DNA from: the human T2T-CHM13v2.0 reference genome, Homo sapiens
Direction: 5' to 3' (one strand)
DNA length: 64,000 nucleotides
Assembly: GCF_009914755.1 (NCBI RefSeq)
Contig: NC_060947.1
Shown here: piece by piece, positions 1 to 13,867 of the stretch
How positions within the stretch are numbered: position 1 is the stretch's first letter
Layout of the letters: the number at the start of each line of letters is the position of its first letter
The notes under the pieces: model-generated
Told to the model about the DNA's origin: nothing
Database searches by the model: none
Seen by the model: the letters and a program-made list of their open reading frames with translations, nothing else
Position numbers and translations under genes: made by a program

Positions 1-99
1 TTAATGGCCAGACTGAATGCATTCAGTTATACCAGGCTAATTATCATCCCACTCTGGACATTGTAATAGACTATGAATGTCACATCGCAAATGAATGTC

Positions 100-680
100 A
101 CATCTCAAATCCTGCCTCTAATTTCCTTTTTCTCTTTGTCTCCAATGACCTCTTCTACTCCATATTGGCCACATGGTCACATCCTAAACTTTACCCTTCA
201 TCTGAAAGAACACCTATTGTCATCTGTGAAATCACAAATTCAAATATCTGGCACTCTGACTACATATTTCCTCTCCAATACTTTGGTTCTCCCAATACTT
301 TGGTTCTCCTGCCTCAACAGGCCCATTGGTCCCTAAACTTCCTCCCTCCCAGACACTCTCTTCCTTTCTTCACTTCCTTTCCTATCCAGCTCAGATAACT
401 TGGACCTACATTTCAACCATTCTTCTGCCAAGGTCTTCATTCCCCTTGCCTATTGTCCAGCTCTCCAATCAATTTGTCAAAACCCCATCCTCAGTGGGTC
501 CAACTGTCTGCCTCTTCTAATGCTACTCAGCAGAATTAGAAAAAAACTATACAATCTCTCAGATTTGCACTACAACAAATTTATAGGATCCAAAATCAGT
601 TGGGTCTTCAATGTTGCTACAATCTTTGTGTTTCCTTTGTCAAATCTTCGTCCCATTTTCCATATCAACCATTTAAAACA
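100..680 (+). mobile_element. Ancient LINE-2 fragment (ORF2 endonuclease/post-endonuclease region)
   Basis: Translations SSTPYWPHGHILNF and SNIWHSDYIF resemble the L2 endonuclease motifs PTH.xGHTLDL and PLSDH. Bases 470-580 resemble the L2 consensus GCAAAACCCCAACCCTGG...GGAGAAAAACACACAAC. Boundaries approximate. Confidence 0.55.
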
Positions 681-717
681 TTCTTCCATCTCCATATGTA
701 TATAATGATATATATAC

Positions 718-870
718 ATAATGACAAGCAATTGGAACTAAACTATGTCCATTGTAAAGGGATTAATTAAATAAACTATGATACGTCTACAAAATGGAAT
801 AGCACCTATCAATAAAATGGAAAGATCTCCAGGATATATTGTTTCAAGTGAAGGTTCAGGATAGTGTTTG
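718..870 (+). mobile_element. Old L1M (L1MC/ME) 3' fragment
   Basis: aactatgtccattgtaaagggattaattaaataaactatgatacgtctacaaaatggaata resembles the conserved L1 3' segment. Confidence 0.5.
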
Positions 871-919
871 TCATTTCCTTTATCCAGATGGGCTAAATTA
901 CGTGCAGTGACAAATAAAC

Positions 920-2550
920 TATGACATTGTTACCAAAACTCCAGCTGAATCTTCTGTGTTATTGGCAAAAATACCCATGTATTTAAGGTCCTTAACTGAA
1001 GTGAACACCTAATATGCACAAGTTATAAAAGTGGTTAACAAGGACATAATAACTAGCTCTGTCTAATATTTCAGTTCTCATAAGTAATCTAGATAAACTG
1101 CTAAAAATGAATAAAATATAAATAGGATAAACACTATAGGTGAACTTTTTGTGTAATTTAAAAACTTGATATTATTTTGGATGCTCAGTAGATGTCTGCA
1201 TCATTTCCAACTAAGAAAGGGTGATGATATGGGGAAACAAGTTTGTTCTTTTTTAAAATTATGGAATGTTCTCATGTATTAAATGCTAATGTTTGATAGA
1301 CAGTTCAGGATTTCTTCCTAGGTTTTCACTAAAATTTAAGGTTACTAAGAATAAGAATTCTAGTTAATACATAATTCTGTATATAAAATGTGCCAAAGAA
1401 GATGTGTTCTCATTGAGAAAAATAATAATTTTGTCTAATTCAGAAGTTATATAAAGGTGAATTCAATCACACCTGTAATCCCAGCACTTTGGGAGGCCGA
1501 GGCGGGCGGATCACAAGGTCAGGAGTTCAAGACCAGCCTGGCCAACATGGTGAAACCCCGTCTCTACTAAAAATAGAAAAATTAGCTGGGCATGATGGCA
1601 GGCATCTGTAATCCCAGCTACTCAGGAGGCTGAGGCAGGAGAATCACTTGAACCCAGGAGGCAGAGGTTGCAGTGAGCCGAGATCGCACCAGCCTGCGTG
1701 AGGGTGAGACTCCATCTCAGAAAAAAAAAAAAAAAAATTGGACTTGGAAAGGTTTTTTATGAAACAAGATAAAAAGGAACCAGTAAGTAGGGGAAAGAGA
1801 TGTGAAAAAGTTAAGACTGGCCCTCTATGTTAGAAAAAGTTTTCCTTAAAATACTGATTTGCTGTTAATAAAATTACAAGAGGTTTTGATTTTGATTCTA
1901 TAATCTGTTTCTTTTTGGAAACTTCTCAGATTCATATCTCAGAAGTGCAACTTTGTTGTGTCTTGCTGCTTTCAGCCTTTTTTCTCCCCTTCAAAACGGC
2001 TGAGATAACCCTCTCCTTCAACTTTTTCACCAGCTCATGTAATTTTTTTCCTCCAGTTCTACCTGCTGTTGTAGCCTGATGCTAAAATGTTTTTCTTGAA
2101 AGTCTAGAAAAGCAGTGTTTTTCTCCAGCATAACTTGATTCATTTGCTCAAAGTACTAGTTATCTAGTTTCTTGTTTCCTCTATAACATAAGGTTCACTC
2201 ATGACCCTGGACATGCTCTTCCTGTGTCTGATTAATTCAAGTACCCTTTTCATCAGGTTTGACTTTCAGGTTATTTAAACGTGCTTCCCCTAAGGAGTAG
2301 CAATCACACTGCAGAAGGGCTTTCTTTGCCTTTTAGTAACTGGCCTAAGAAACAGATTTTACGTTTTATCACAAGAATTTCTGTGTCATCATTATTATTA
2401 GGTATTTGATTGCTTAGAAAAACTGAGATTTAAAAGAATTAAGGTTTTTCCATCCATGTAACTTTCTGCATTGTTTTTGAAGTCCTTGTGCTGTTAAATT
2501 ATAGGGCTTTGACTCCTGGGTCTGAAAAAGGCGCTGACACCCGCTAAATT
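920..2550 (+). mobile_element. MER4-group ERV1 internal fragment, interrupted by an Alu
   Basis: AT-rich sequence such as ggttttcactaaaatttaaggttactaagaataagaattctagttaa is typical of MER4-int-like elements. No flanking LTR is seen, and strand is inferred. Confidence 0.6.
1467..1737 (+). mobile_element. AluS (AluSg-like), slightly 5'-truncated
   Basis: Dimeric Alu, ggatcacaaggtcaggagttc diagnostic, poly(A) 1721-1737. Confidence 0.95.
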
Positions 2551-2559
2551 TTGTTTGTT

Positions 2560-4003
2560 TGTTTTTAATTTTTTTAATTTTAAAAAATGTTTATGGGTTC
2601 AAGGCAAGTATATATATTTATGGTATACATGAGATACTTTGATACAGGCATGCAATAAGCAATAATCACATCATGGAAAATGGAGAATCCATCCCCTGAA
2701 GCATTTATTCTTTGTGTCACAAACAATCCAGTTATACTCTTTGAGTTATTTTAAAATGCACATTTAAAGTATTAATGACCATAGTCACGCTGTTGTGCTA
2801 TCTAATACTAGGTCTTATTCATTCTTTCTATCTATATTTTTTTTGTACCCATTAACAATTCCCACTCCCCCCACCATCCCGCCAACTACCCTTCTGCCTC
2901 TGGTAGCCATTCTACTATCTCCTTGAGTTCAATTGTTCTGATTTTTAGATCCCACAAATAAGTGAAAACATGCGACGTTTGTCTTTCTGTCTGACTTATT
3001 TCACTTAACACAATGATATTCAGTTCCATCCATGTTGTTGCAAATGACAGGATCTCATTGTTTTTTATGGCTGACTAGTACTCCACTGTGTATATGTACC
3101 ACATTTTCTTTATCCAGTCATCTATTGATGGACATTTAGTGTGCTTCCAAATCTTGGCTATTGTGAACAGTGCTGCAACAAACATGGGAGTGCAAATATC
3201 TCTTCAACATACTGATTTCCTTTCTTTTGGGTATATCTCTAGCAGTGGGGTTACCAGGTCATATGGTAGTTCTAATTTTAGTTTTTTGAGGACCATCCAA
3301 ACTGTTCTCCATAGTGACTGTACTAATTTACATTTCCACCAACAGCATACAAGGGTTCCCTTTTCTCCACATCCTCGCTAGCATTTGGTATTACCTATAT
3401 TTTGGATAAAAGCCATTTTAACTGGGGTAAGATATCAATGTAGTTTTGATTTGCATTTCTCTGATGATCAGTGATGTTGAGCACCTTTCCATATGTCTGT
3501 TTGCCATTTGTATGTCTTCTTTTGTGAAATGTCTATTCAAATGTTTTGCCCATTTTTATGGGATCATTAGATTTTTTTTTTCTATAGAGTTGTTTGAGCT
3601 CCTTATATATTCTGGTTATTAATCCCTTGTCAGATGGGTAGTTTGCAAATATTTTCTCCCATTTTGTGAGTTGTCTCTTCACTTTGTTGATTGTTTCATT
3701 TGCTATGCAGAAGCTTTTTAACTTGATGTGATCCCATTTGCCCAATTTTGCTTTGATTGCCTGTGCTTGTGGGGTATTACTCAAGAAATATTTGCCCATT
3801 CCAATGAACTGAAGAGCTTCCCCAATGCTTCCATTTAGTAGCTTCATAGTTTGACATCTTAGATTTAATTATTTAATCCATTTTGATTTGATTTTTGTAT
3901 ATAGCGAGAGATAGGGGTCTAGTTTCATTCTTTTGCGTATGGATATCCAGTTTTCCCAGCACCACTTATTGAGGACACTGGCCTTTCCCCAGTGTATGTT
4001 CTC
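2560..4003 (-). mobile_element. L1MA-type LINE-1 3' fragment
   Basis: ORF 3533..3847 ([11 protein letters not shown]...[22 protein letters not shown]) is the L1 ORF2 C-terminal region. An L1MA-like 3'UTR with T-rich tail lies at the left end. Confidence 0.92.
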
Positions 4004-4020
4004 AGCAGGTGTTACCTTTT

Positions 4021-4260
4021 CAAGTCAGACTGCCTGGGTTCTTCATTTTGGCTCAATGATCTATTTGCTTCATGACTTTGGGCGAGTTATTCAAGACCCC
4101 TGGCCTTCAGTTTCTTTATCTGTAGAATGGGTACCACAACAGCAACTATCTCATAGGTTTGTTGGTAGAATTCCACGAGATGGTACATGTACTTTGCACC
4201 TAGGACTAAGCACTTGAACTAATACCTGGTATATAGTAGGCCCCCAATCTGTGTTAGTTA
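4021..4260 (+). mobile_element. MIR SINE
   Basis: gtcagactgcctgggttc...ttgggcgagttatt...cctt cagtttctttatctgtagaatggg MIR core. Confidence 0.8.
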
Positions 4261-4318
4261 CACTGCCTCTGGTATAAGGGCAAAATAGCTGTGCAATAAA
4301 TGTTAGCTGTTGTGATTA

Positions 4319-4753
<435 letters not shown>

Positions 4754-5113
4754 TCATAAGCATTGGAGAGACACCAGAAATGTGTTATCCACTCAGTCCC
4801 TTCCTCTAGGAAGCTAATTCTAGAGGAACCCAGGTGGCCTTCCCTCCTGAGCACCCATCCAGCTCTTCTCCAAGCACCAAACCTTTACCAAGGAGGAGGA
4901 ACATGAGAAGGTGTGGTCTGTATGGTGGCCCCTAATGACTAACTTGCTCTCCTTCTCTTTAATTCAAGTCACTTTCCTCTCAGTCCCTCCTGAGTGGGGC
5001 TGATACATGGCACAGGAGCCATTTGTAGGCTCCAAAGTCATTGAGTTGTCACCTGCACACTCTACCTTCTGAAGCTGAGCACTGGGCTCATTCTCCTAGC
5101 ACCCTTCACCTAG

Positions 5114-5852
5114 TAAAACTGCATGTGCAACATTATGACGGTAAGATAAATCGGACATAGCTGACTGCATCTTACTTCTGACCTCCACACTGTCCTTGGT
5201 CATTCCTGAGCATGGACCAAGCTAACTTTGAGAGGAATTTAGTTTATAGTTTAACTTGAAAGCAAGGATGATAATAGGCCCTACATAAAACTAATGCCCT
5301 CCTTGCTCAGGACCGAAAACAACCCAGGTAAGACTAATGATAGGCAACAAGAACAGGATTTTGAGGGGGGCCTGAACTCTGCTAAAACGTAGATGTAGTT
5401 TCCATAATCCCTTCCTGCTCAGGAGTCGTGTGGCCAGAGGTCACAAGATTTGTGACTTCCCCAATTGCTCGTATAGACAACATCGTTATTGTAGAATTTA
5501 GGATTGGTTTTTTGAGACATCTTTCAGACTGACCCCATACGGACTCATGACTCATGACTCAACTGCCCCTGTGGTCCCATCCAGAGGCCAATTCAGTGTA
5601 TCAGGACAGTTTTCCACATCTCTATAATTTCATCCCCAGCCAATTAGCAACACCCATTCTCTAGCCCCCTGCCCACCAAATTGTCTGTTAGAACCCTAAT
5701 CTCTGAGCCTTTGGGGAGATGGATTTGAGTGATAACTCCAGTTCTCCCATGTGACCAGTTTCATGTCAAACTCCTTCTCTACTACAATGCAGCAGTCTCA
5801 GTGAAATGATTTGTCTGTGCAGTAGGCAGGAAGAAACTACTAGGCAGTTACA
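5114..5852 (+). mobile_element. Solo LTR8A-like (ERV1, MER4 group)
   Basis: Starts TAAAACTGCATGTGCAACATTATGACGGTAAG, ends GGCAGTTACA, with perfect 4-bp TSD CTAG (5110-5113 and 5853-5856). Confidence 0.85.
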
Positions 5853-5856
5853 CTAG

Positions 5857-6032
5857 GACCCACTTCCAGAGCGTATGACCTGTGCAGTTTCACAAGGCCC
5901 TGCACTCAGATGGGCCCTGCACTTGGCTTGATGGTCTAGGTCATCTAGACCATCTAGAAATTCTTAATTTGTGAACCAGGAGCCCCACATTTTCATTTTA
6001 CACCGAGCCCCGCAAATTATGGGGCTAGCCGT
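5857..6032 (+). mobile_element. MER91A-like hAT-Tip100 MITE
   Basis: gacctgtgcagtttcacaaggccctgcactcagatgggccctgcacttgg...gccccacattttcattttacaccgagccccgcaaattatg matches recalled MER91A. Confidence 0.75.
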
Positions 6033-6204
6033 TTCTTCTTCTGTAGAAACTTGATTCTAACCCCAGAACCCTGCCTGGGACTTGCTATTAAGGACTCTGT
6101 AGAAGCACGAGAACATATTTTAAAAATAAATAACAACAGCAAAAACAACAAAGGTAATTTTTAAGAAGGGAAAGATTGCTTTCCAAAATAAAGATGTCTG
6201 ACAT

Positions 6205-6223
6205 CGGCCAGCAGATGTCGCTC
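6205..6223 (+). promoter_or_regulatory. Candidate CTCF binding site
   Basis: CGGCCAGCAGATGTCGCTC vs core consensus CCASYAGRKGGCRS, one core mismatch, in non-repetitive sequence. Confidence 0.55.
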
Positions 6224-6344
6224 TTGCTGCGTGGCAGAAGAGGGGATTTTTTTAACAGGCCCCACTTATTTCAGGATTTTTGAGCCTTTAAGGAGGCTTG
6301 CTTCAAAGGAGCTATATCTAAGAACTTCCATTAGGACACTTTGA

Positions 6345-6810
<466 letters not shown>

Positions 6811-6888
6811 TTAAAAAATAAATAATGCAGCTAAGTGCAACTTCTTCAGATAGGTTGACATATCATTTTTAAACTGTATTGTTCTCTA

Positions 6889-7128
<240 letters not shown>

Positions 7129-7899
7129 TCAAAGGTTAAAGTCGAGGAGAAATTCAATGCCTTTCATTCCAGGATTCATAGTGAAATGGCAGAAAGAATC
7201 TAACGTTTCCCTTGGATGTGGTTCCTAATTTGCTGGAAGGTCCCAGCTGAACATATACTCCCTGTTCAAGCTACATCATCCCTGTGTAAATAGATATTGA
7301 TGAAGTAAAATGAATTGTTGCTAGAAAGACTATTGGTTGCTAAGACCAAGCTCCATTCTTAGGTAATGGGGTCAGTCTTTCCAATATGAAAATGTCACCA
7401 GTACTAAAGCAACAGTTCATCATAGAAAGACGGTCAAATAGCTCTCACAGTCTCCCAAATGAGTTATTTTATGTGTTGAGAAATTACAAATTTTCAACTG
7501 GAATTTATTATTGTGTTTAACACTGCAAGATCAGCAAAATTATAGTACATAATGCAAATATATCTGAAAACAGTAACGCAAAACCAAAGTGATAAAAGCT
7601 CCTGGGTTTCTTTAATGCAAATGGTGTTGGTTAGTCCATCATGATCCAACAATCCCTAAGTCAGCAGCCTGGGAAGCTAGCCTTCCAAGTTTCTGGGCCT
7701 GAACCAGTTACCCAAGATGTATGTGTAAAAGGCACATAATTTATTAAATATTATTTTGACAAAGCCAAACAAATTAATTATGCTTACAAGAGGATGCACA
7801 ATATACAACTGTATTACATCAATAAAAGGTGAAATGCTACTGAAAGTAGAAATAGCCTTACCAAAATGGACCACAGGCATCAATTTGTACAATCATAGA

Positions 7900-9760
7900 G
7901 TGGACCGGGAGAGCTGAGCATCTCCAAAGAACATCCATCGATGACCTTCACTTCTCCTCTATGTCGACCACCATCTTCCGTAGCTCCACTCTGAATCCGC
8001 ACTAACCCATCATTGCCCCCCATCTCCAGCCTCTTAAATCTCAAGCTGCAGTCTCTTATCCTTGCCTCATCTCCAACACACCTTCTCTTTGTGTTTATGG
8101 AAGAGGCTTCTGTTTCTTCCAGTTTAGCAGCCCACTCCTGGCATGATTTCTCTACCCAGCATAGATCATATGGCTGGCATTAAACATTTTCTCATCAACA
8201 CACCCAACTCCCCTGTACCACTGTCCTACCACCAGAAGCAACCCATGAAACTCCAAACCAGGATCCTCACTCTGCCTTTGCTCTCCAGCACATGCCGGAG
8301 GTAATTCCACTACCTGCAGTAGGACAGGTTGGTGCAATCACAAAATCCTGGGCTCCAGCCCCAACTGATCCCTCAGGGAGGATGGAAACCTTTTTATCTA
8401 TGCTTTGTCAGCTTTCTCATCCATCACCCCCTGACTGTCCAAAACATTTAATACTCTTCTCAATTCCCACACCTACCACTTTTAGCACATGGTTCACTTC
8501 CTAAATCTCCAGGAACAGAGTTCAGCAAACCCCAAACTCCATGGACTGAATCTATCCCAATGCCTGTTTCTATAAATAAGGTTTTATTGGAATGCAGCCA
8601 TGTCCCTTGGTTTACTTATCATCTATGGCTGCTTTTGTGCTACGATGAGAAGGGCGAATCATTGTGATGGAAATTGTGTGCCCCCAAAACCCTAAAATAA
8701 TTGCTGTCTGGCTCTCCATTTAAAAACTTGACCAACTACTGTTCCAGAACAGTTAGGCCATTAGGTATTGCTTGCTGCCTATTTCCTTCCAATCAATGAA
8801 CTACTTAGGATCTGAACCTGTCCTTATCCTTTCCTATCAATCCCACAGGATGAGGAGTCTCTCCTCAAGGCCAACCCTCAGTCTCTGGTTTTGACCCTAA
8901 CCCTTCTTTTCTGAAGCCTTCTCCATCAATCACCCATTCAGTACTCTGTGTCTTCATCCTCCCCCTCACCACTGGCATTTTCTTTAGGTCTATAAATCTC
9001 TTCAAGCTTCCCACTCTAACATGCCTTCCTTGATCCTTCCCTGTGCCCAGCTACAGTCTATCTCCATCTGCTCTTCTCAGCTCCTTGAGAGGGGTCATCT
9101 ACACTAGCCATCTCCCCTTTACTCTGCAAGCAGTCTGGATTCTATCCCAGTGACGCCACCAAAGCTGATCTGAAATTGATGACAAATCACTGCCATACTA
9201 TGAAACCCAATGAACTCTTTTTTGTCCATTTCTTAGTGTGTTTTCAGCTGTATTGGCCACTTGCTCCTTGACATTCTAGACTCACTTCTCTGCCCCTGAC
9301 CTGACATTGCTTTTGCCCGCTTTTCCTTCTATCTCTGACTCCCTATATCTATCTTTTATGCTCTCCTATGTCCACTCTTTAAATATTGGTCTTCCCCAGT
9401 GTCTCCCGTGGCCCCGTGCTCTGCTCTCTCTATAATTTTTTTGCATATTTTCATGCACTCTTATGACTTTGGCTGTATCCTGTAAATGATGACTTTCCAC
9501 TCTGCATCTCCAGCCTTAGCACTCTTTCAAATTAATATATCTGACTGCCTGCTTAGAAAGTTCCATGTGAACTTCCTTTGACCAGCTCAAGTTCAGCATA
9601 TCCAAAACTGCACCCATCAACTTCCCCCTGGAACTGCTGTTCCTAGCCTCAGTTAGTACATCATGACTTACCAATCCCAAAGCTGGGAACTTGAAAGTCC
9701 TCCCTGACTTTCTGCTCATTGTCAGGCAACACATCCCACAGAGTTCATTTTCTAGCTGTA
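7900..9760 (+). mobile_element. Degraded LINE-2 (ORF2/RT region), split by MER58A
   Basis: Pyrimidine-rich L2-like sequence. 9440-9620 resembles the L2 YADD region (tgtaaatgatgactttcc...tctccagcc...gactgcctgct). The left part is less certain. Confidence 0.6.
8516..8741 (+). mobile_element. MER58A hAT-Charlie MITE
   Basis: aaataaggttttattggaatgcagccatg...tatggctgctttt core with degenerate CAG...CTG ends. Confidence 0.85.
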
Positions 9761-10194
9761 AGAAGTGTATCCATACTGACTACTTAATATGTGTTATGTG
9801 CACTGGTGGTTTTTATGGGCCTCAACTTACCTTTTGAGAGGACCCTAATGCACTCATAGATTTATGAAACCTCAGATATGACCCAAGTAAAGGGTCAGCT
9901 AAAAAATATCCTTCCACTATGGCAGATTGTAGTTCTTTATGGGTAAAATGAGAGGTTGGGACCATGTGATCACTGAATTCATTCCTAACCTGACAAACCA
10001 GTGTTCTAAGAGTCTAGTGAAATGAGAGTCAAGACTGAGGAAAGACCACATAAAATAACAGTAATAATGCAGCTGTAAATCCAAACATATTGACATGGAA
10101 TGGTCTCAAAGTAAATTAAAATTTTAAAAGGGCACGTGCAGAATATTGCATAGTTGTTGTGCAAAAGTTTTTGATATGCAAAAAGGATATCTTA

Positions 10195-10747
<553 letters not shown>

Positions 10748-11169
10748 TTACCCAAATTAGTGTTAGTTTCCTTAATATAGTGACATGACAGAGAAGTATT
10801 TTAACAGAGTTGAGGAGATAACAGCTAGATTGTTGTGGGTTTAGAAATAAAAGGAGGGGTGAGGAAGTGGAGACACTGGGTTGAAATTGGTCTTTTGACA
10901 GAAAATGGAAGAAGTGAGATAAGAGAATAGCTTGAGAAGGAGGCAGCAGTATGGGACAGTTTTTCCAGAAGAGGGAGACTTGAACAAATATTTACACCTT
11001 AGCACACAGCACAGTACACAAGAGATGCTATAAGTAACTGTTGAAGTAATGAACAAATGTATGAACAAGTGAATTAAAATGTTGAACATATCTTACCACT
11101 TCTGAGGCAAATCTCAGGAATATTTTATTGGGGAAAGAGGAACACCCAGGAATTTAATGTAAATAATTC

Positions 11170-11491
<322 letters not shown>

Positions 11492-12019
11492 TAAAGAATT
11501 CTTTCATGAAGGGAAGCACATGATAAATGAAAGAAGACTGCAATGGGGTCAAAGGTCAAGAAAGAAATTTGGCAGCAAAATGAGAGGCACCTCTGAGCTA
11601 AGGGATCATTTGTCTTCTCAGCAGACAGGTCTGAGCGTGAGATTTTGTGAATGGTGTCCTCCTCTAAGGAGAGACTGTGGGTTCCTTGTGTTTCCCACAG
11701 CAGACTGTGAGGGGAACCTCCTGGATGCTTCCTGGGACCAGCCATGCAAGGGTCACTCTGGCCTGCATTCAATTTCTCATACTTTCAGGAATTACAGGCA
11801 CTTTTCAAGTTAAGAAGTCACTCTAAAAAGAATCACGAAGACATACTGACATTGTGATAGCTGCAGACTTCTTAGGGACTCTCAAAGTGTGAAGGAAGGG
11901 AAGTAAAGGCACCAACACAGCTTCTTAGAGCCTTTCCTCCCTCCTCTTTAATACAAATGGTAGCACGTGGCACATGCTGCTATACCCTTTGCTTTTTGCA
12001 TCTAACCATCATCACAGGT

Positions 12020-12430
12020 TGCTTACTGTGAGATGAAGATTTGTATGCAGGAAGTTCATTGGTGGGGACCCTGCAGATCAAGACTTCTGGGAGAGTAAAG
12101 GAAGTCAGACTGGGCAGAGGGAGGATTTGGGCTGCTATGCAAGTCACAACAAAGACCTATGCAATCCTGCGAGAGTTCTAGACTTGGGAGGGCTCTGACG
12201 AGTTGTCTCAAATTAGCACAAAGAGGCTAGGCCTTTATAACCTCACACTGATCAGTCATTAGAAGTGGGCTGCCCAAGAAAGGGGTCACAAACTTGGAGA
12301 GGTGGCTTTCTTCAGCCAAGGGCAATTTCCAGACGGGAATTCAGCTGTAAAGTGTCATTTGCCAACTTTTCCAGCATCCGAAGGGATAAGTGCTTCAGTC
12401 CTGGGGAAGTGGGGGTGGGGTTATGGCTTG
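12020..12430 (-). mobile_element. LTR16-family (ERVL) LTR
   Basis: gagatgaagatttgtatgcaggaagttcattgg...ctgggcagaggga...gatcagtcattagaagtgggctgccc matches antisense LTR16. Confidence 0.7.
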
Positions 12431-12539
12431 GAGTCCTTTCCATATTGATATAAAAAGAGCTGCCTGGTTCTTTTTCAAAGATGCATGGTATTCCATTGTA
12501 TGAATGTATAATAGTTTATTCACTAGTTATTCAACATTT

Positions 12540-13867
12540 AAAATTTTTTAAAAATTTTTTGTGGGTACATAGTGTATATATTTATGGGGTACATGAGATT
12601 TGATACTGGCATGCAATGCATAATAATTACATCATTGAAAATGAGGTATCCATCCCCTCAAGCATTTCTCCTTTGAGTTACAAATAATCCAGTTATACTC
12701 TTATTTATTTTTAAATGTATGATTAAATTATTATTGAATATAGTCACCCTGTTTTGCTATCAAATACTGGGCCTTATTCATCTATCCTAACTATTTTTTG
12801 TACCCATTAACCATCCCTGCCTTCCCTCCAGCCCCTCTGCCCCCAACTACCCTTCCCAGCCTCTTGAAATCATTCTTCTATTTTTTTTGAGACAGAGTTT
12901 TGCTCTTGTTGCCTAGGCTGGAGTGCAATGGCGCGCGATCTCAGCTCGCCGCAACCCCTGCCTCCTGGGTTCAAGCGATTCTCTTGCCTCAGCCTCCTGA
13001 GTAGTTGGGATTACAGGCATGCACCACCATGCCTGGCTAATTTTGTATTTTTAGTAAAGGCAGGGTTTCTCCATATTGGTCAGGCTGGTCTCGAACTGCC
13101 CGCCTCGGCCTCCCAAAGTGCTGGGATTACAGGCATGAGCCACCGTGCCCGGCCCATCCTTCTATTCTCTATCCCCATGAGTTCAATTGTTTTGATTTTT
13201 AGATCCCCAAAGTAAGTGAAAACATGCAATGTCTGTTTTTCTGTGTCTGGCTTATTTCACTTAACATAATGATCTTCATTTCTATCCATGTTTTTGCAAA
13301 TGACTGAATCTCATTCTTTTTTATGGCCAAATATTACTCCATTGTGTATATGCACCACATTTTCTTTATCTATTCATCTGTTGATGGACACTTAGGTTGC
13401 TTCCAATCTTAGCTACTGTAAACAGTGCTGCAACAAATACAAGAGTGCAGCTATCTCTTCGATATACTGATTTCCTTTCTTTTGGATATATACCAAGAAG
13501 TAGGATTGCTAGATCATATAGTAGCTCTATATTTAGTTTTTTGAGGAACCTCCAAACCATTCTCCATAATGGCTGTACTCATTTACATTCCCACCAACAG
13601 TGTCTGAGGGTTCCCTTTTCTCCACATCCTTGCCAGCATTTGTTATTGCCTGTCTTTTGGATAAAAGCCATTTTAACTGGGGTGAGATGATATCTCATTG
13701 TAGTTTTGATTTGCATTTCTCTGGTGATCACTGATGTTGAGCACCTTTTTATTTATCTGTTTGCTATTTGTATGTGTTGTTTTGATAAATATCTAGTCAA
13801 ACCTTTTCCCCATTTTTAATTGGATTATTAGATTTCTTCCTATAGAGTTGTATGAGCTCCTTATACT
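12540..13867 (-). mobile_element. L1MA-type LINE-1 3' fragment, interrupted by Alu
   Basis: ORF 13366..13560 ([27 protein letters not shown]) is the L1 ORF2 C-terminus. The 3'UTR resembles the 2560-4003 copy. It appears nested in an older L1M fragment (about 12460-14020). Confidence 0.92.
12881..13154 (-). mobile_element. AluSp/Sq-like
   Basis: Reverse Alu with small internal deletion and TSD cat(t/c)cttctatt. Confidence 0.95.

Noticed and set aside
7552-7622. Two octamer motifs ATGCAAAT 63 bp apart
   Set aside because: The motif recurs elsewhere in this AT-rich window, and nothing else supports function.
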